Shown piece after piece: positions 28,629 through 37,080 of a DNA stretch of 62,129 nucleotides; the first letter of the stretch is position 1; each line of letters begins with the position of its first letter. Origin of the DNA: Deltaproteobacteria bacterium. GTDB lineage: Bacteria; Myxococcota_A; UBA9042. The notes under the pieces were generated by a model. That model had not been told where the DNA came from, did no database searches, and saw only the letters and a list, made by a program, of their open reading frames with translations. Made by a program: the position numbers and the translations under genes. The stretch covers positions 1 to 62,129 of the forward strand of contig JACRCU010000230.1 in NCBI GenBank assembly GCA_016218865.1. Direction: 5' to 3'.

Positions 28629-30419
28629 CTACTTGGGGGGCGCGATCAGCACTTCGAAGCTGCCGGAACTGCTGGTGGTGGTGGTGGCGAGCAAATGCCC
28701 CTCGGCCAAAAGCGTCTTGCCGGGCGGATCGTCGCCGTCGCCGGTGCCGCCTGCGGCCCCCCGGCCCGAGCGGTAGCCCGGCGTAAGGTCTTGCAGGCCC
28801 AGGACATCCACGCTGGCGTTGGGCACGCCGCCACCGCTGGGGGTGACCACCTTGCCGCGCAGCAGCATCGGCGCCGGAATGGTGATGAGCAGCATGTCGG
28901 GCGTGGACTTGCCGTCGATGTCGACCCGCTTGGCGAGCATGCGCGGCAACTTGGCGTTGCCCTTGGGAATCACCCACAGCCACCAGCTGCCCGGGTCGAT
29001 CGGCAGGCTGAAGCTGCCGTCGGAATCGGTCGACGTCTGGAAGGTGGGGTCGTTGCTGGGCTTGCTGCCGTCGACGCCCGATTCCGCGGGGTTGGCGCCC
29101 ACCTTGCGCAGCAGAATGGTCGCGTTGGGCACGGCTTCGTCCACGTAGTCGTGCACGTTGCCGGTCAGAACCACCCGCTTCGGGCACGTGATCGGCGCCA
29201 GTCCCTGCTGCAGTTTGACCGTGCCGAACCAGCGCCCGGCCGCCGAGTCCGCCGCCGGCTGCACGATCACGCTAGTCGGTCCCGGCGGCAGGCTGACCTT
29301 GATCCGGCCCTGGCTGTCGGAAATGGCCGACGTCTCCAGGTAGATCTTGGCGTCGTCGATGCCGGCGGCCGCGAGCTTCTGGGTCAGCCGCACCTGCGCG
29401 CCCAGCTCGGGAGTTCCCGCAGAAGCCAGCACTTGCACTTGCACGGTCTGCGGCGCGGCGAGTCCGCCCAGCTCCAGCGTGCCCAGGTCGAGCACCCCTT
29501 TCTTCAAGCCCACTTGCACGATGTCCAGGTAGTCGCCCAGCTGCCCGTGGATCGGCCAGTCGCTGCCGGTGGCGGGCTCGACGCGCAGCACGCTCGGCGG
29601 CGCCGACGGATCCGCCAGCAAGCGGAAGGTGCCCGGCGGCAGCGTGTCCGCGCCAACCTGCCGCGACACCCCGGAGGTGATGTCGTACGTCGAGGTCAGG
29701 CGCCCTTGGGCATCCTGCAGGAACACCCGCACGGCACCCAGCGGCTCGTGGCCCGTGGTCAAACGGCCCGTGATGTGGACCAGTTCCGCGGCCTTGGGCA
29801 AGGTGATCTTCCAGTCGTCGATGGGGCCGCCCACCGTGATGCTGGAGTAGTGCGGCGGAAACACGCTGCTCGACTGCGGAAAGAAGGCCAGTTCGTACGT
29901 GTTGCCCGGCTGCAGCCGCAGCTCGAAGTCGTGGAAGACTTTGAGTCCGGTGAAGTCCTTGGGCGCATTGTAGACCGTGGTCTGGAACTGCAGGCTGGTC
30001 GCGGTGGCATCGGTGGGCGCGGTGGCCACCAGCGTGCCGGACACCGGTTGCAGCGAGTCGGGCGAGCGAACGTCGCCGTACACCACCGCCGGGTCGGCGA
30101 GCATCAGCGACACCGGCGATACCTGGGTCGCGGACTGGACGGTCAGGGCAAAGTGCTCGGTCAGGCGCCCGGACACCACCGGCGGCGCCACCCGCAGCGA
30201 CACCGGCACATCGGCGGCGGTGTTGGCGATGCAGACGCGGTGGTCGTAGCACACCACGCCCTGCAGGCCGCAGTCGTTGTCGGTCTGGCACTGGCCGGTC
30301 GGGCCGCCGGTGTCGGTCCACACCAGGCCGCAGCCGCCGAGCAGCGCCGCCCACGCCCAGACGAGCGCAAACGCCGAGCTTGCCAGCCGTCTGGTCCAGC
30401 GGGAACCGCCCCACATCAT
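28629..30419 (-). CDS. Lipoprotein with carboxypeptidase-regulatory-like (Ig-like beta-sandwich) repeats
   Basis: The start ATGATG at 30419 overlaps the upstream stop (ATGA). Lipobox 'ALLGGC'. Segments '..LTGNVHDYVDEAVPNATILLRKV..TSTDSDGSFSLPI' and '..LRGKVVTPSGGGVPNASVDVL..TTTSSSGSFEVLI' are typical of CarboxypepD_reg-like folds. Confidence 0.7.
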   Translation of the reverse strand: MMWGGSRWTRRLASSAFALVWAWAALLGGCGLVWTDTGGPTGQCQTDNDCGLQGVVCYDHRVCIANTAADVPVSLRVAPPVVSGRLTEHFALTVQSATQVSPVSLMLADPAVVYGDVRSPDSLQPVSGTLVATAPTDATATSLQFQTTVYNAPKDFTGLKVFHDFELRLQPGNTYELAFFPQSSSVFPPHYSSITVGGPIDDWKITLPKAAELVHITGRLTTGHEPLGAVRVFLQDAQGRLTSTYDITSGVSRQVGADTLPPGTFRLLADPSAPPSVLRVEPATGSDWPIHGQLGDYLDIVQVGLKKGVLDLGTLELGGLAAPQTVQVQVLASAGTPELGAQVRLTQKLAAAGIDDAKIYLETSAISDSQGRIKVSLPPGPTSVIVQPAADSAAGRWFGTVKLQQGLAPITCPKRVVLTGNVHDYVDEAVPNATILLRKVGANPAESGVDGSKPSNDPTFQTSTDSDGSFSLPIDPGSWWLWVIPKGNAKLPRMLAKRVDIDGKSTPDMLLITIPAPMLLRGKVVTPSGGGVPNASVDVLGLQDLTPGYRSGRGAAGGTGDGDDPPGKTLLAEGHLLATTTTSSSGSFEVLIAPPK

Positions 30420-31087
30420 TTGCACGCTCCGTTGATCTTGACTCGCCACTCGATCGAGTCGAAGGCCGTCCCGGTTGGAAAGTCCAAGGGCGAGATCGCG
30501 GTGCTTTTCAGGCGGCCGTCGGCCACCACCAACCGGATGCGGTGCACGTTTTCGGTCGTGGCCTCCAGCGTGCAGAAGTCCACCTTGCAGCTCGACTCGG
30601 CAAAAATGCAGCTCTTGACCGTGGACAAGTACACCGGCAGCCCGGCGGCGGCGTCGAAGTCGGCGAGCCAGATGTAGGTCAGCTGCTGGCTGATGTTGGC
30701 CTGCAGCAGCGCACCGTTGACCCGAAACTCGACGGGCGTGCCCGGCGTGAACATGTAGGTCTCGATCACCTTGGGCAAGGCCTTGTCGACCTGGATGTGC
30801 AAGGTCTTGGTCGCCGGGGCCACGTTGCTGTTTTCCGGTGCCAGGGTGACACAGCCCGCGCAGTGCGCCGCCAGCGCCAGGGCGGCCAGGGCGGCGAAGT
30901 TGGGCAGGTAGGGACGTCGGGCGGCACATCGCTGGGCTCCGCTGGGCGCGGCACCGGTGCGCGAGCGCCGGCGACGGTCCACAGCCGCCCGTAGTGTAGC
31001 GAAAATCGTGCCAAGCGCCGGCAAATCGCCGCATGGCAGCGCGCGCGCGCCAACGATCGCCCTGATTTTAGGCGGTTGTTGCGTCAT
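30416..31087 (-). CDS. Hypothetical lipoprotein (start uncertain)
   Basis: ORF 30416..31138. Lipobox-like 'LALAAHCAGC'. The body is non-repetitive ('..TKTLHIQVDKALPKVIETYMFTPGTPVEFRVNG..'). The only in-frame ATG (31087) lies about 60 aa upstream of the signal peptide; GTG 30982 is an alternative. Confidence 0.55.
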   Translation of the reverse strand: MTQQPPKIRAIVGARALPCGDLPALGTIFATLRAAVDRRRRSRTGAAPSGAQRCAARRPYLPNFAALAALALAAHCAGCVTLAPENSNVAPATKTLHIQVDKALPKVIETYMFTPGTPVEFRVNGALLQANISQQLTYIWLADFDAAAGLPVYLSTVKSCIFAESSCKVDFCTLEATTENVHRIRLVVADGRLKSTAISPLDFPTGTAFDSIEWRVKINGACK

Positions 31088-31201
31088 GGCCGCTGCCTGC
31101 GTCCGCGAGAGAACCACCAGCGCTCCCGCCCCCAGCATGACATGGCTGTCAGGTTGCCGCCACTTGCTGCGCCAAACGCTGCGCGCGTCGCACCGCTGCC
31201 A

Positions 31202-33916
31202 CTACTGCTGGCTGGCCAGCTCGGCCTCGGCCTTGCTCAACAGCGACTTGTACTGCGCATTGCCCGGATCCTTCTCCAGGGCCTTCTTCAGATACAGGAC
31301 TTTCAGCTTGGCGGTGCTGGCCTTTTGCGCCAGGGCCGCCAGCTTGGCCGCTTCCTTTTGCGCATCCGACACTTCGCCACCACCCGACTTGACCGGGGGC
31401 GGCGGCGGCGGCGGATCGGGGCGCTTGGCCTCTTTCTTGGGCTCTTCCTTCTTCGGCTCTTCTTTCTTGGGCGGGTCGGGACGCTTGGCCGCCGCTTTCT
31501 TGGCGGCTTCTTCCGCAGCCTTCTTGGCGGCTTCGGCGGCTTTCTGCTTGGCCGCCGCAGCTTCGGCCGCCTTCTGCTCTTTCTGGCGCGCCTCGGCCTC
31601 TTTCTTGGCCGCCTTCTCGGCTTCGGCCGCCTTCTTCTTTTCAGCGTCAGCCTGCTTCTTGGCCTCGGCTTCGGCCTTCTTGCGCTCGTCCTCGGCCTTC
31701 TTGGCCTCGGCGGCGCTCTTCTTGCTGTTTTCTTCGGCGGCGGCCTTGGCTTTGGCCTCTTCGGCGGCCTTCTGCTCTGCGGCGGCCTTGGCGTCTTGTT
31801 CGGCCTTGGCCGCGGTTGCCTTGGCGACATCGGCTTGTGCCGCCAGGGCCTTGGTCTCCAGGGCCGTGGCAGGGGCGCTGCCGGGGTTGATGGCCTTGGC
31901 TTCGCGCGCCTTGGCCAGGGCAGCGTCGAACGTGCCGGCGCGCAGCAGCGCTTCGCCCTCTTCTACCAGCTTGTTTGCCTTGGCCTGGCCGTCCTCGATG
32001 GGCTCGGCCGGGGCGGGCGTACCGGCATCTGCGGTCGGAGCTGCCGGGGGGACTTCGGCCACGGCGGCCGGGGTGGGCGGAGCTGCGGGCGCCACCGGTG
32101 CGGGCGGTGGGGGCGGTTCGGGTTGCGCAGCCGCGGCGGGCTCCGGCTCTTCTTCGGCCGGCGGCGCGGGCGGCGGGGGCGGCGGCGCCTCGTTCATGAG
32201 CCAGCCGCCGATGCCGACCATGGCCAAGACGAACACCACCAAGCCGCCGATCAACAGGCCTTTCATCTTAGAGGGCGCGGCCTGCGGCGCCTCGGGCTCG
32301 GCCAGTTCTTCAAAGAAAAGGTGTTCTTGCACCTTGGCCGCCTGGGTGCGCTCGGTGACCTTGGGCCCGCGGCCCGAGGTCGGCGCCGGCTTGGGCTCGG
32401 CGGTGGCCGTCTTGCTCATGTCGACGCGAACGCTGGACATCCCGGACTTGGCCGGCTCGACCTTGCCCGGATCGACCTTGGCGGTCTCGACCGCGGCCGG
32501 TTCTGCTTTGGCGGGCTCGACCTTGGCCGGTTCGATCTTCACGGGCTCGATCTTGACCGGCTCGAACTTGACGGGCTCGATCTTGGCCGCCGCCTTGGCG
32601 GGCTCCATCTGCAGTGGCGAGGGCTTGGCCGGGTCGGTCTTGAGGGGCCCCGAGCCCATCTGCAAGGTCTGGCGATCGCGGCTTTTCTTCTTGCCTTTCT
32701 TGCCCTTCTTGCTGGTCGGCGCGCCAGGTGCTTCCTCTTCTTCCTCGTCGTCTTCGGGCTCGGCCGGGGCGGCGTCGGGCAGGGTGGCGGCCGCCGCGGG
32801 CTCGACCTTGGCGAGCTCCTCGCTGACGGGCTCCGCCGCAGCCGGCGCAAAGTGGACCGGCGCGAGCTTGACCGTTTCGGTCCCAACGCCTTCCGCCTGG
32901 GCCGTTGCGGCAGGCAATGGCGCGGCAGCGGCCGCCGGCTCGGGTGCGGCTGGCTCGGGTGCCGGCTCGGGTGCGGGCTCGGGTGCGACTGGCTCGGCGG
33001 GTTCGGCCACCGCGGCGGCCACAGCCGGACTCGCGGGCGCAGCGGCGCGATTGCGCTGTTCCAGTACAGGGTTGTCTGCGGGGGCGCCGTCGGACCAGGT
33101 GACCCACAGCGCGCCGATGGCCGCCAGCCACGCGTCCAAGCCGGGGCGCTTGGCGGGATCCTTGTCCAGCGCCTCGCCCAGCAGACCCTGCAAGTCTTTG
33201 ACACCCTTCAGGCCCGGCTTGACCAGGTCCAGGCGCAGCGGCTTTTCGACCGACTGGCGCTTGATGGTCATGTGGGGCTGGCTCGACGTGAAGGGCGCCT
33301 TGGTCGCCGCCAGCGCCCACACCGCGGTCGCCGCCGAGTACAGGTCCGAAGCTGCGCTGCCGGGCTGGAGTTTGCAGATCTCGGCCGCCAGGTATTCGGG
33401 CGTACCGTAGAAAACCTCTTGATTTGCTGTAGTAAGTGCTGGAAGCAGCCGCCACCAGCCAAAGCCGAAGGCGCGCACCGGACCGCCCAGCGCTTCGCCG
33501 TCGGCCCACAGGCGGTGCGGACCCAGGTCCAGATGCAGCACCCCGGCGGCCGAGGCCGCTTGCAGGGCGCGCGCGGCAGCGCTCGCCACCCGCAAAATCT
33601 GCTGCATTTCTAGCTTGTCGCGGCGTTTGATGGCCTCTTCGACCAGAAAGCCCGAAGTCGCCTCGCAGGCCAGCCACGCCACGTTGCCGGCGCGCCCGCT
33701 GGCGTAGGTCAGCAGCACGTCGCTGGATCCGGCCAGCTTCTGATTGTCGGCCACGATCTCGGCCAGCGCCGCGTCGCCCGGATCGCTGGTCAGTTGCAAC
33801 AGCAAGGCCGCCGCGCCCGTCTGATCGTCCACGGCGTGCGCCAGGCTGCCGAGCTTGCTCTGCTCGACAACGCGAACTGCCGAGAATCGTTGGGCAAATT
33901 GGTCACTCATGGCCAC
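31202..33916 (-). CDS. Membrane-anchored Hanks-type pseudokinase with Pro/Ala-rich linkers, EPxK repeats and TolA-like Lys/Ala/Glu-rich periplasmic region
   Basis: The kinase-like fold is retained ('GTPEYLAAE', 'DLYSAATAVWAL', '..DPAKRP') but the catalytic motifs are degenerate. There is no GxGxxG or VAIK Lys ('GAAALLLQL'), HRDLKPxN has become 'HLDLGPHRL', and DFG has become 'FGFG'. TM at about aa 553-574. Lys/Ala/Glu-rich stretch at about aa 700-835. TPR-like C-terminus. Confidence 0.75.
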   Translation of the reverse strand: MAMSDQFAQRFSAVRVVEQSKLGSLAHAVDDQTGAAALLLQLTSDPGDAALAEIVADNQKLAGSSDVLLTYASGRAGNVAWLACEATSGFLVEEAIKRRDKLEMQQILRVASAAARALQAASAAGVLHLDLGPHRLWADGEALGGPVRAFGFGWWRLLPALTTANQEVFYGTPEYLAAEICKLQPGSAASDLYSAATAVWALAATKAPFTSSQPHMTIKRQSVEKPLRLDLVKPGLKGVKDLQGLLGEALDKDPAKRPGLDAWLAAIGALWVTWSDGAPADNPVLEQRNRAAAPASPAVAAAVAEPAEPVAPEPAPEPAPEPAAPEPAAAAAPLPAATAQAEGVGTETVKLAPVHFAPAAAEPVSEELAKVEPAAAATLPDAAPAEPEDDEEEEEAPGAPTSKKGKKGKKKSRDRQTLQMGSGPLKTDPAKPSPLQMEPAKAAAKIEPVKFEPVKIEPVKIEPAKVEPAKAEPAAVETAKVDPGKVEPAKSGMSSVRVDMSKTATAEPKPAPTSGRGPKVTERTQAAKVQEHLFFEELAEPEAPQAAPSKMKGLLIGGLVVFVLAMVGIGGWLMNEAPPPPPPAPPAEEEPEPAAAAQPEPPPPPAPVAPAAPPTPAAVAEVPPAAPTADAGTPAPAEPIEDGQAKANKLVEEGEALLRAGTFDAALAKAREAKAINPGSAPATALETKALAAQADVAKATAAKAEQDAKAAAEQKAAEEAKAKAAAEENSKKSAAEAKKAEDERKKAEAEAKKQADAEKKKAAEAEKAAKKEAEARQKEQKAAEAAAAKQKAAEAAKKAAEEAAKKAAAKRPDPPKKEEPKKEEPKKEAKRPDPPPPPPPVKSGGGEVSDAQKEAAKLAALAQKASTAKLKVLYLKKALEKDPGNAQYKSLLSKAEAELASQQ

Positions 33917-34072
33917 TCATCCGTAGCAGGTGGTTCGCCTGCAGTTGCGCGATGATAGGTCCGCAAGCCCGCCAGGGCAAGGACGCCGGCGAGGGCGCAT
34001 CGGTTGGCGATTTGCCCACGCGCGCCGCTGGCTTTTCCAAAGGCAAACCAGACGGTGCGCCGGGCCGGGCGG

Positions 34073-34495
34073 TCAGGCGGTGCGGCGGCCCTCGGCGTCG
34101 AAGGGGAAGTGCGACAGGCCGATGCGATTGCCTTCCGGGTCGCGCACATACACGGTCCACGGGCTCTGGTAGACCACCTCGACGCCACAGTGCGCCAGAT
34201 GCGCCAGCCAGGTGGCGCGGTTGCCCCAGTGGATCTCCAGGGCCAACAAGTGCAGGCCGGGCTCGGGCGACCGCCACGGCGGCGGGTTCGGCTCGCCGTC
34301 GCAGACCTCGAGCGCCACCACCCCGGTGCCAAGGCGCACCCACACTGCCCGATCGCCCTTGCCGTCTTCGGCCGGCCAGCGCCGCTCGACCCGCAGGCGC
34401 AGCACCCGCTCGTAAAACCGCACCATCGCCGGCAGATCGCGGCACTGGATCGCCAGGTGGTGGACGCCGAACGGCGCAATCGGGGGGACGGCCAT
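34073..34495 (-). CDS. VOC family (glyoxalase/bleomycin-resistance fold) protein
   Basis: 'GVHHLAIQCRDLPAMVRFYERVLRLRV..', '..GLHLLALEI', '..VYVRDPEGNRIGLSHF' are typical paired beta-alpha-beta-beta-beta module motifs. Confidence 0.85.
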   Translation of the reverse strand: MAVPPIAPFGVHHLAIQCRDLPAMVRFYERVLRLRVERRWPAEDGKGDRAVWVRLGTGVVALEVCDGEPNPPPWRSPEPGLHLLALEIHWGNRATWLAHLAHCGVEVVYQSPWTVYVRDPEGNRIGLSHFPFDAEGRRTA

Positions 34496-34739
34496 GGTGT
34501 GCTCGCGGCGGCAGCAACTGCAGCGCGCCGTGGTTATCCACCGGGTGGGCAGCCCCGGTCAACCCGTGGGATGTGCGGGCCCGGAGAATTGCCCACGGTA
34601 TCGGGCCGAATTGAAGGGATTTGGCGCGACGGTCGCGGGCGGCGCGGAACGGCGGCAGCGCCGCGCCCGGCCCGTCGCGCGGCCTTGCTCCGATGCGCCG
34701 GATTTGCCATCCTCGTGTACATGCGCTGCGAGGAATACA

Positions 34740-35528
34740 ATGAATCATCCCGTCCAGATGCTTGGCAAAGTGCGCCATGCGGCTCGCTTGATTGGCGCTC
34801 AGGCAGAGAAGGTGGGGACCCTCGGGGCGGCACGCTGGCTGTCGGCGGTGGCCCTGGCGCGCACCCCGCGCTCCTGGTTGCGGACCCTGCCAGGCCGGCA
34901 GCGGTGCAACTGCTGTGGCTGGCAGGGGCTGGTGCGCTTGCCATCGATCGACGGGCCCTATGTAGAGTTCGGCACATCCTGTCCCACGTGCGGCTCCAAC
35001 GCCCGCCACCGTTTCCTGGCGCTCATCCACGCCGCCGAGCTGGCCGGCCGCACCGGCCGCTGCTTGTGGTTCGCCCCAGAGGCGTGCTTGGATCGCGTGG
35101 TGCGCCGGCCGGGACGCGAGGTCGAGCGCACGGATCCATGCGTGCCCGGCCTGGAGCACGCCTTTGACCTGCAGGCCATCGACGCACCCGACGCGAGTTA
35201 CGACCTGATCCTCTGCATCCACGTGGTCGAGCACGTGGAGCGGGACCGGCAGGCTCTGGCCGAGTTGGCGCGCATTCTCAAGCCCGGCGGCCTGTTGTGC
35301 CTGGCCGTGCCGATGGACGACCGGCAGCCGCAGACAGTGGAATTCGGCGCTCCGGACTGGGATAAGTGCGGACACTGGCGCGATTATGGCGCGGATTTCC
35401 GCGACCGCATTCCGGCCGAGTTGACCACGCGTCAGCTCAAGGCGGGCACCGTGCTCCGGGCCGAGGAGCGCGCCTCCTTGGGCATCCACAGCCGCGAAAT
35501 CATCTACTTGTGCGAAAAGCCCGCGTAG
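34740..35528 (+). CDS. Class I SAM-dependent methyltransferase with N-terminal Cys4 ribbon
   Basis: ATG at 34740 with GAGGAA upstream. 'CNCCGW..x22..CPTCGS'. Methyltransferase motifs '..YDLILCIHVVEHVERDRQALAELARILKPGGLLCLAVP'. Confidence 0.8.
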   Translation: MNHPVQMLGKVRHAARLIGAQAEKVGTLGAARWLSAVALARTPRSWLRTLPGRQRCNCCGWQGLVRLPSIDGPYVEFGTSCPTCGSNARHRFLALIHAAELAGRTGRCLWFAPEACLDRVVRRPGREVERTDPCVPGLEHAFDLQAIDAPDASYDLILCIHVVEHVERDRQALAELARILKPGGLLCLAVPMDDRQPQTVEFGAPDWDKCGHWRDYGADFRDRIPAELTTRQLKAGTVLRAEERASLGIHSREIIYLCEKPA

Positions 35529-35729
35529 CCCTGTTTCGGGGTAGCCCGGTTGCGGCAGGGAGGCGCCCGCGGCCCTGGCGCCGGGCGCAGACGCCGATGC
35601 CGACCATGCCGCGCGGCGCTCCGCGGTGCGGTAGACGCCACTACTTGACGGATCCACGAAGCGGCACCTAGTCTTGCCGATGACGCGACCTGGTCGCGGC
35701 GCCATGATCTTGCCTCTGGGGGTAGCCAT

Positions 35730-36299
35730 ATGCCGACGTGGATCGATGAAAACCAGACAAGTCGCACGGTTGGCACCAATCTGGGCGCGCGAGCGCTGCG
35801 CCGGCTGGCAGCCGCGGCGACCCTGTTGGTGGCGCTGGCGCTGAGCGGCTGCGGCAACGACGAATTCGACCAAGTACGCAGCTACAAAGAGTTTCTGGTC
35901 AAGGCCAAGCCGTCGCTGCAGTCGATGAACAAGGTCCGCGAGGAGCTGTACAACGCCGACAGCGTCGACACGATGATCGCCAAGTTCGAATTCGGCCTGT
36001 TGCCCAACGTCCAGACGTTGCACGACCTGACCGAGGCCGAGCAGGTGCCCGAAGGCAAGCTGAAGGAAGTCCACGACCAGCTCAAGACCACCATGGACGC
36101 CTATCTGACCGCCACCAAGTCGCTGGTGACGACGCTGAAGGGTGCCAAGACTGCCCACAAGGCCGACGAAGCCGCCTTCTACGGCGCGGTCGAGAAGGCA
36201 CTGCTGGAATGGGGCTCCAAGGACAAGGACTTCGGCGACAAGATGTCGAACCTGGTCAGCGACCTGAACGCCTACCTGGACAAACTGGTCAAGTCGTAG
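35730..36299 (+). CDS. Hypothetical lipoprotein (helical)
   Basis: 189-aa ORF with lipobox 'ALALSGC' and Lys/Glu/Leu-rich helical composition. No family recognised. Confidence 0.7.
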   Translation: MPTWIDENQTSRTVGTNLGARALRRLAAAATLLVALALSGCGNDEFDQVRSYKEFLVKAKPSLQSMNKVREELYNADSVDTMIAKFEFGLLPNVQTLHDLTEAEQVPEGKLKEVHDQLKTTMDAYLTATKSLVTTLKGAKTAHKADEAAFYGAVEKALLEWGSKDKDFGDKMSNLVSDLNAYLDKLVKS

Positions 36300-36344
36300 C
36301 GGGCGTTCGTCGCGGCCGCCACTCCCGGCCCGGCACGCCCAACC

Positions 36345-36405
36345 CAGCACAGCCAACACAGCACAACCAACACAGCACAGCCAACACAGCACAGCCAACA
36401 CAGCA
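36345..36405. repeat. 14-bp A/C-rich tandem repeat (4.4 units)
   Basis: The units cagcacagccaaca / cagcacaaccaaca / cagcacagccaaca / cagcacagccaaca are followed by a partial cagca. They lie in the spacer between the lipoprotein stop (36299) and the BolA-family start (36509). Confidence 0.9.
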
Positions 36406-36508
36406 ACTGCGGAATAGCCGGACCAAAATAGTCCGATATCTTGCCCCGCAACGCGGGCCGCCTATCCTGGCAAGGCTGCGGCCGCAGAGGGCGCAGCATG
36501 GGGATGCG

Positions 36509-36733
36509 ATGCAGAACTGGATCGAGACGACGCTGACGGCGGCCTTCCCGGGCGCCGACGTGCGAGTGACGGATACCACCGGGGGCCAGGACCACTTCGA
36601 AGTCGAGGTGATCGCACCCCAATTCGCCGGCAAAACGCCGATCCAGCAGCACCGCATGGTGTACGCCGCCCTGGGCGAGCAGGTGGGCTACGAAATTCAC
36701 GCCTTGGGCCTGAAGACCCGGGCGAAGGTCTAG
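36509..36733 (+). CDS. BolA/IbaG family protein
   Basis: '..FEVEVIAPQFAGKTPIQQHRMVYAALGEQVGYEIHALGLKT' is the BolA signature. It sits immediately upstream of a monothiol glutaredoxin, the classic pairing. Confidence 0.85.
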   Translation: MQNWIETTLTAAFPGADVRVTDTTGGQDHFEVEVIAPQFAGKTPIQQHRMVYAALGEQVGYEIHALGLKTRAKV

Positions 36734-36751
36734 TTGGAAACGGGAGCGAAC

Positions 36752-37078
36752 ATGCGAGATATTCAGAAAGAGATCGACGACTTGGTCAAGTCGAAGCCGG
36801 TGGTGCTGTTCATGAAGGGTACGCCGTCGATGCCGATGTGCGGATTTTCGGCGCGGACCGTCGAGGCCCTGAAGGCCTGCGGCGTGGCGTTCTCGTCGGT
36901 CAACGTGCTGGCCGACCCCGACATCCGCGAAGGCGTGAAGGAATACGGCAAGTGGCCGACCATCCCGCAGCTCTACGTGGGCGGCGAGCTGCTGGGCGGC
37001 TGCGACATCACCCTGGAGATGTACCAGAACGGCGAGCTGGAGCCCTTGCTCAAGCAGGCCGCCGCCGCACAGAGCTGA
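36752..37078 (+). CDS. grxD: Grx4-family monothiol glutaredoxin
   Basis: 'KPVVLFMKGTPSMPMCGFSARTVEAL..' (CGFS active site) and '..WPTIPQLYVGGELLGGCDI'. ATG 36752 with GGGAG upstream; the ORF-track start at 36734 is TTG. Confidence 0.95.
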   Translation: MRDIQKEIDDLVKSKPVVLFMKGTPSMPMCGFSARTVEALKACGVAFSSVNVLADPDIREGVKEYGKWPTIPQLYVGGELLGGCDITLEMYQNGELEPLLKQAAAAQS

Positions 37079-37080
37079 TA

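Noticed and set aside
33907-34479. 190-aa minus-strand ORF overlapping the VOC gene in another frame
   Set aside because: Its translation is Arg/Ala/Trp-rich junk. The 34073..34495 frame gives a clean glyoxalase/VOC motif set.
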